A DNA stretch of 63,928 nt, counting the filler, from Folioceros fuciformis (Eukaryota), in assembly GCA_049999805.1 (NCBI GenBank). It is 5 parts of 5 records of this genome, joined end to end, with 100 filler letters (N's around TTAATTAATTAA, not from the genome) between each part and the next. Parts side by side here need not be neighbours in the genome. Positions count along the whole stretch, not along the records: positions 61,895 to 63,928 come from JBNGIO010005866.1; 4 more parts are not named here. One strand, given 5' to 3'. The notes under the pieces were generated by a model. The model searched no databases and was not told where the DNA came from. It saw only the letters and a program-made list of their open reading frames with translations. Numbering within the stretch: the stretch's first letter is position 1; every line of letters begins with the position of its first letter. Below are positions 62,330 through 63,928 of this stretch, piece after piece. A program made the position numbers and the translations under genes.

Positions 62330-63694
62330 ATAAGGCACGAAAGTACGTGTTTCTGGGTTACACCGAAGGAATTAAGGGGTACAAATTGATGGACCCAAGC
62401 ACCAGAAGTATCACTCATTGCCGAAGTGTGGTGTTCGATGAGCTTTCCCTGCTCACACCCCAACCTGACCTCCTGGAGCTAGTCCATGAACAAGAAGCAT
62501 CAACAAGTGAGACTTCTGAAGGGGAAAGCAATGAGGAAACATATCAACATACAAGTACTACAACACACTATGCTCATGTGCCTGCAGTTACAATCGACCA
62601 GACAGCAAGTGTCTTTCCGGATGATGAGGATGGGGAAACCATGGGTGATACCCAAGTTGGAGCAGTTGACAGAAATTCAAGTGAATCGGAAACAGAAGGA
62701 AGCCATGCAGGCAGCCAAGATGAAGCAAATGTCACAGAACTTGAACGAGGACAATCTTCGGAAGTAGAAGTGGAATCGGCTCCAGAAGTTGAGATTCCAA
62801 GACGGAGCAGTAGGAGGCACACAGCCTCACCGACGAGTGGGTAAACCCACCGCTTACCTACAGCTCATTCCTTGTGCAGGATGACAGCGCACCTGATATT
62901 CTGGGCGAGCCCCAATCTTACAAAGAAGCCATCAGTGGACCTGAAGCAGCAAAGTGGTCAGTTGCAATTGATTCTGAGTACTAGTCATTGATAGACAACG
63001 GGACGTGGGAACTGGTGGACATACCTCCTGGCAGAAAACCAGTAACCTGCAAGTGGGTATTCAAGAAAAAGCTCGTAGCTGACGGAAGCATAGCACGGTT
63101 CAAGGCACGACTTGTGACAAGAGGGTATAGTCAGGTTGAGGGCCTGGACTATACAGAAACCTTCTCTCCCGTAGTCAGGGCCACCTCAGTCCGCACACTC
63201 TTTGCAATAGCAGCACAAAGGGACTGTTGAGTTATCGAGCTCTATATGAGCTAAACTCATGTGGTGTTAGTTATCCCAGTTGGGTTCATACTAGACTAGT
63301 TCTAGTTATTAGTGAACTTAGGATAGTGTAGATTATCCCATATTGAACCTGGAAGTTGTGTAGCCCTAAATGTACTACTTAAATGGAGACCTCGGACCTC
63401 CATAGTAAGACAGTGGTGATGTGTATTGTTTTCATGGTTGTGATCACCAATACCACCCTCTCTTCTCTCCTCTCCTCTCCTACACTTGCACGTAGATTGG
63501 AGTCGATCCTATTGACAGGGACTACGCCATGGAACACATGGACGTGAAAACTACCTTCCTAAACGGGACTCTGGAAGAAACAATTTTCATGAGTCAGCCA
63601 GAAGGGTTTGTGGACCCCAAGCAACCAGGAAAGGTGTGCAGACTAATCAAGACCATCTATGGACTGAAGCAGTCCCCACGAGCTTGGTACAAAC
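62330..63694 (+). pseudogene. Ty1/copia integrase C-terminus to RT (same family as copia D), interrupted by insertions
   Basis: [59 protein letters not shown]. Confidence 0.9.
63225..63517. mobile_element. Solo LTR (293 bp) with 5-bp TSD
   Basis: TGTTGA...TTGACA flanked by GGGAC (63220-63224, 63518-63522); the empty site is visible in the paralogue at ~23789. Confidence 0.92.
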
Positions 63695-63928
63695 TATCGC
63701 ATTATAGCAACATTGGAGATAGGCAAAAAACTAGAGATCATACGCATGCTAGCAGAAAGACAAGATTAGATTAGCTCACGCGAGCAGCACGATACATAAG
63801 GGTCAGCGGACACGTCCAGGTCTAGGGACGTGTCCCTTGACTCAACCGTCATACCCGGCAGCGGTTGGTCCTGGTGGCGGGTAGGTTTAGGTTATGATAT
63901 GCGGCTACTTAATGCCTAAGGCCCAAAC
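63695..63928. mobile_element. Further insertion (LTR-like) breaking the copia RT frame; runs off the window
   Basis: Homology to copia D stops abruptly after TGGTACAAAC. Confidence 0.45.

Overview
Eukaryotic nuclear DNA from a seed-free land plant (most likely a hornwort or another bryophyte/fern-grade lineage; inferred from a PLS-PPR with a WW-type PG box and from gene style), in a gapped, transposon-dense scaffold. More than half of the window is nested LTR retrotransposons: at least six Ty1/copia pieces (one nearly intact), three related Athila-like Ty3/gypsy elements/LTRs, one Met-PBS gypsy and several solo LTRs, plus a PIF/Harbinger remnant. Host genes: a spliced filamin/Ig-repeat (GEX2-like) gene, a truncated RNI-type LRR gene, an ENODL phytocyanin, an intronless TFIIB-related fragment, a PLS-PPR editing-factor-like gene with an N-terminal OSB/PDF motif, and an EPF/EPFL peptide gene. 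The most novel signal is that the copia elements repeatedly carry accessory ORFs: a sense ORF between PBS and gag (two start exactly 32 nt from the PBS with M-P-R), and antisense ORFs between pol and the 3' LTR, one an intact 248-aa Cys/His-rich protein. All calls come from manual reading; no searches were run.
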